This document shows positions 60,734-64,000 of a stretch of DNA of 64,000 bases, piece after piece. Below the pieces are notes generated by a model that was not told where the DNA came from, did no database searches, and was given only the letters and a program-made list of their open reading frames with translations. The translations under genes were made by a program, and so were the position numbers. Origin of the DNA: an uncultured Thiomicrospira sp. (lineage in GTDB: Bacteria; Pseudomonadota; Gammaproteobacteria; CAKMZV01). Each line of letters starts with the position of its first letter. The stretch's first letter is position 1. The stretch spans positions 64,001 to 128,000 of the forward strand of contig OZ239628.1 in assembly GCA_965195345.1 (NCBI GenBank), read 5' to 3'.

Positions 60734-61656
60734 TCAATCTTCTTAAATTCGTACGTGGAATAGCTGCCTGAAAATATATCATAGAGAGAAATTGTAAAGT
60801 AGTGGTCAACTAAAAAAAACAAAAACAACCCTAATAGATACCAAATTGAATAACCAAACGTCATCATAGGCAATTTTTTGTTATCAGGATATTTTATTAA
60901 AGCGCAGGCATAATAAATAAAGACACCGCCCAATACTAATGCCCCAGTTAAATAGAGCAATCCGCTCATACCAACCAAAAATGGCAACACCGTTGCTACT
61001 ACCAGAAGTATGGTGTAAAGCAGAATCTGTAACCGGGTAAAGTCTGTCCCGTGAGTAACGGGTAACATAGGTACGTTCACTTTTGAATACTCGTCTTTTC
61101 GATGAATGGCTAAAGCCCAAAAATGTGGCGGCGTCCACACAAAAATAATTAATAACAGTAACAACGCATGCGCTTCAACGGTCCCTGTTACTGCCGTCCA
61201 TCCAAGCAGAGGTGGCGCAGCACCACTAGCACCACCAATAACAATATTCTGCGGTGTCGCTTTTTTTAGATACATGGTATAGATGATTGCGTATCCAATG
61301 AGTGCAAAAAAAGTCAACCACGCTGTTAATGGGTTAACTAAGATAAATAACGTTGCAAGACCAATTAATCCTATAACCACACCGAAAATGATTGCATTGA
61401 TAAGCGGAATCGTTCCCTGTACCAATGGTCTTTTTTCTGTGCGGCGCATGTGTTCATCCGTATGGCGTTCAACAACTTGATTAAATACGGCGGCTGAAGC
61501 CGATGATAGGGTGATGCCAATCGTTCCAAAAACCAACGGTTGCCAAGGAACCATTCCTGGCACCGACAAGAACATTCCCACCAATGCGGTCATAACCAAT
61601 AACATGACTACTCTGGGTTTGGTTAATTCGTAATACTCTTTGATCACAGTAATCAT
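60730..61656 (-). CDS. cyoE: Protoheme IX farnesyltransferase (heme O synthase)
   Basis: LTKPRVV.L, D..M.RT..RPL, LKKATPQNIVIGG, WTPPHFWALA. Confidence 0.96.
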   Translation of the reverse strand: MITVIKEYYELTKPRVVMLLVMTALVGMFLSVPGMVPWQPLVFGTIGITLSSASAAVFNQVVERHTDEHMRRTEKRPLVQGTIPLINAIIFGVVIGLIGLATLFILVNPLTAWLTFFALIGYAIIYTMYLKKATPQNIVIGGASGAAPPLLGWTAVTGTVEAHALLLLLIIFVWTPPHFWALAIHRKDEYSKVNVPMLPVTHGTDFTRLQILLYTILLVVATVLPFLVGMSGLLYLTGALVLGGVFIYYACALIKYPDNKKLPMMTFGYSIWYLLGLFLFFLVDHYFTISLYDIFSGSYSTYEFKKIE

Positions 61657-62219
61657 CCTATCCTCGAATATTTAAGTAGCCGTTTTAAGTCCCGCAACAT
61701 CTGCTTTACATCTCGCTTATCGGATCGATATACCATCATAGCCATACCACTTGGGTCAACCAAAAAAATCAAATCGCCTTGCTCGGCAAACTTTTTCTCA
61801 AGTTGTGCGTACTGCGTTGCATCGACAACGACACTCTGAATATCTGAAATACCTGTGTTGTTTGGTACATATTGTTCAGCTAAAGGCTCTGTTGTAACAA
61901 AAATTGTTTGCACCCTACGCATGTTTTTATGGGCGAGGACGCGCACTGTTTCCGCAGTCTTTAATTGTTCAGCACAACGCTTTGAGCACTGTTTCGCAAA
62001 TACAACATAGCTCCACTTACCTCTAAAAAGAGGGCGATTATCATCCGATGTTGAAACGGTTCGTAAAGGCGAAATGAGATCGCCATAATTAGTGGTTGAA
62101 CCAGGACCAAAATTCAATACCCATTGAAAAAAGAACATCGCCAGCACGAGCGGAAGAATAAAGGCGAACGTTACTCCCCAAATAGTCTTTTTATTCTTAT
62201 TTAACTTAGCATCATCCAT
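61653..62219 (-). CDS. Cytochrome oxidase-associated membrane-anchored thioredoxin-like protein
   Basis: N-terminal TM, TTNYGDLI.P, C...C, LVDP.G..M..Y, DLKRLLKYSRIG; typical neighbour of SURF1 and cyoE. Confidence 0.72.
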   Translation of the reverse strand: MDDAKLNKNKKTIWGVTFAFILPLVLAMFFFQWVLNFGPGSTTNYGDLISPLRTVSTSDDNRPLFRGKWSYVVFAKQCSKRCAEQLKTAETVRVLAHKNMRRVQTIFVTTEPLAEQYVPNNTGISDIQSVVVDATQYAQLEKKFAEQGDLIFLVDPSGMAMMVYRSDKRDVKQMLRDLKRLLKYSRIG

Positions 62220-62396
62220 AATTTCATTATCCTCAAATCAAACCGCATTCTACCCTAATAACAGCAACAGTTTAAAACGCTATCGAAAAAAACAGTTTCC
62301 TCAAAAATCACAGGCATAATGCTCATCTGAAACAACGACTCAACTGAAAAAGTCGAAAGAACAGTCTATATATACCCGTTTGAATATTTTTAACCA

Positions 62397-63290
62397 ATGA
62401 AATTAAACGCACCCAGTAGTACTTTTGCCTCCAGTGTGGTATTCCTTTCTTCTGCTCTTTGGGGGTTATACTGGTTACCTTTGCGACACCTTGAAAAACA
62501 AGGCATTGATTCAGGCTGGGCTATTCTTTTGATAAATGCTCCTGCAGCCATCGCAGCTGCATTTTACCTTTTGTGGCACTTTAAACGCTATAAAGCAGAA
62601 TTATTGCGCGCATTCCTCATCGGTTTATTTACTGGATTAGGTCTTGCATTATACGCTTCAGGACTGATCCACTCTTCTGTAGTGCGTGCCACACTCCTCT
62701 TTTATTTGACTTGTGTCTGGTCTACGTTAATTGGTTTCATCTGGTTAGCAGAGCGTGCAAACTGGCAAAGATGGGCCGCTATTTTTTCTGGACTGGCGGG
62801 CTTAGCGCTCATTGCCTCCGGTGGATCGAACGCCGCCGCCTTAAACATTGGTGATCTCTTCGCTCTTTTCTCTGGAATATCTTGGGCAATTGGAGCAGCA
62901 ATGATCAAGCGTTTCAACCAAACACCCGTTCCTAGTATTGTCACCTTTCAAATCTTTTTCACTTGTATCTTCGCTCTTTTATTAGCGAGCTTAGTAGGCA
63001 AAGTAGCACTTCCTGCTGTCTCCACAATCGTTGATCTTTCTCCAATAATATTAAGTTTTTCTTTCATCGTTGTCTTACCTACTTCTGCAGCAATTTTCTG
63101 GGCACAAAAGTTTCTATTCCCTGGGCGAGTTGGACTTTTAATGATGTCCGAAGTTTTAGTCGCCATTGTTAGCGCGAGCATTCTGCTCCCTGAAGAGTCA
63201 ATGAGTACTATTGAATGGGCTGGTGCAACACTCATAATATGCGCTTGCCTTATTGAAGTATTTTCAAACTCCAAAAAACACGCATCATAA
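62397..63290 (+). CDS. EamA/DMT family transporter
   Basis: About 10 TM helices; LWGLYW.PLR, ATLLFYL..VW, GLLMMSEVLVA. Confidence 0.85.
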   Translation: MKLNAPSSTFASSVVFLSSALWGLYWLPLRHLEKQGIDSGWAILLINAPAAIAAAFYLLWHFKRYKAELLRAFLIGLFTGLGLALYASGLIHSSVVRATLLFYLTCVWSTLIGFIWLAERANWQRWAAIFSGLAGLALIASGGSNAAALNIGDLFALFSGISWAIGAAMIKRFNQTPVPSIVTFQIFFTCIFALLLASLVGKVALPAVSTIVDLSPIILSFSFIVVLPTSAAIFWAQKFLFPGRVGLLMMSEVLVAIVSASILLPEESMSTIEWAGATLIICACLIEVFSNSKKHAS

Positions 63291-63389
63291 TTAAAAACAA
63301 ACAACAGCAAATAACCATTTTAACTAATGCTTCTGTTTGCTTTCCTCATAGACCACTTCTAAGCCTCTCTTCTCGTTGAGTAATATATA

Positions 63390-64000
63390 TCAGTTAGGGT
63401 GGGCTTTTTTGCTGTTTAAAGCAACGAACAATACCATCAGTACTAAAGCAAAGGCAAACCATTGCAAAGCATACCCTCTGTGTTTACGTGTATCCCCATA
63501 AACCACCTTCCATTGCCGAAGTAGACCATCGTTTTGGCTTGATTCCAAGTGGATGATACTTGCAGCCAGAGGCTTTGAAAAATATTTTTGTAAATCCTTT
63601 GTATCAACGACCTGCATTATCTTTGGCCATGCTGCGCTCTCTATATCACCACTCAAAGAGAAACGCCTAAGTGGCAGTGCCGTTCTACCTGCTATCTCTA
63701 CTATCCCAGATGACAAAGGAGGTAAATCGGGCAACGTTTTTGATCCTATTCCCCATGCTTTCCACCCCCTATCAACTAAAACAACTTGATTCGACAACAG
63801 TTCAAAAGCGCTCAAAACACTAAAACCACTCACGCCGTTTTGCAAAACATTATCTTGTATAAACAATCGCTTCTCAAGCCAACGGCCTTTTGCAATGACT
63901 TGCCTATTAATATCCTTGCTTGATAATTTTTCAAAAGATACAGGAGCATATTGACTTTCACGTTGATACTGCTCAATTCTCTGCTCTTTTTCCTTGGCGC
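63390..64000 (-). CDS. SURF1 family cytochrome oxidase biogenesis protein (5' end beyond window)
   Basis: Frame appears open to the window end (RAKEK...); VLVDRGW and H.GYALQWFAFA motifs. Confidence 0.88.
   Translation of the reverse strand, partial: AKEKEQRIEQYQRESQYAPVSFEKLSSKDINRQVIAKGRWLEKRLFIQDNVLQNGVSGFSVLSAFELLSNQVVLVDRGWKAWGIGSKTLPDLPPLSSGIVEIAGRTALPLRRFSLSGDIESAAWPKIMQVVDTKDLQKYFSKPLAASIIHLESSQNDGLLRQWKVVYGDTRKHRGYALQWFAFALVLMVLFVALNSKKAHPN

Noticed and set aside
1-64000. Numerous 60-140 aa ORFs nested in or antisense to long genes
   Set aside because: They are shadow ORFs of well-supported CDSs with no independent motifs.

Overview
A moderately AT-rich (roughly 40% GC by eye), gene-dense bacterial chromosome segment. 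The housekeeping genes look gammaproteobacterial and the organism is probably marine (inference). The 1-18 kb and 23.8-29.3 kb regions are core genes (nadE, hisE, tyrS, argB, valS, def, tRNA-Arg, mscS, argF/argD, ftsK, trkAH, queA, glmS, tsaD, aroKB). A small accessory island of about 4 kb (M48-like peptidase, KAP NTPase, GIY-YIG/RAMA-like nuclease, gene remnants) lies at the 3' end of glmS, next to an orphan trimethylamine monooxygenase (tmm). The 31.5-55 kb region is a large methylated-amine cluster: a divergent Amt with an uncalled 56-aa partner ORF, tdm, tmoXWV, fhs, gmaS, mgdA, mgsABC-like genes and mgdBCD. The most unusual element is a six-gene block lying between mgdA and mgdB. It holds a second SoxB-like flavoprotein, a second non-canonical glutamine-synthetase-like ligase, mgsABC-like genes and a 130-aa unknown. 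No dimethylamine monooxygenase is present in the window, so this block is a candidate glutamylation-based dimethylamine pathway. A run of five abutting hairpins precedes tmoX. The window ends with a Rieske oxygenase/MDR pair, lpxL and cytochrome oxidase assembly genes. All family calls come from motif recognition; no database search was run.
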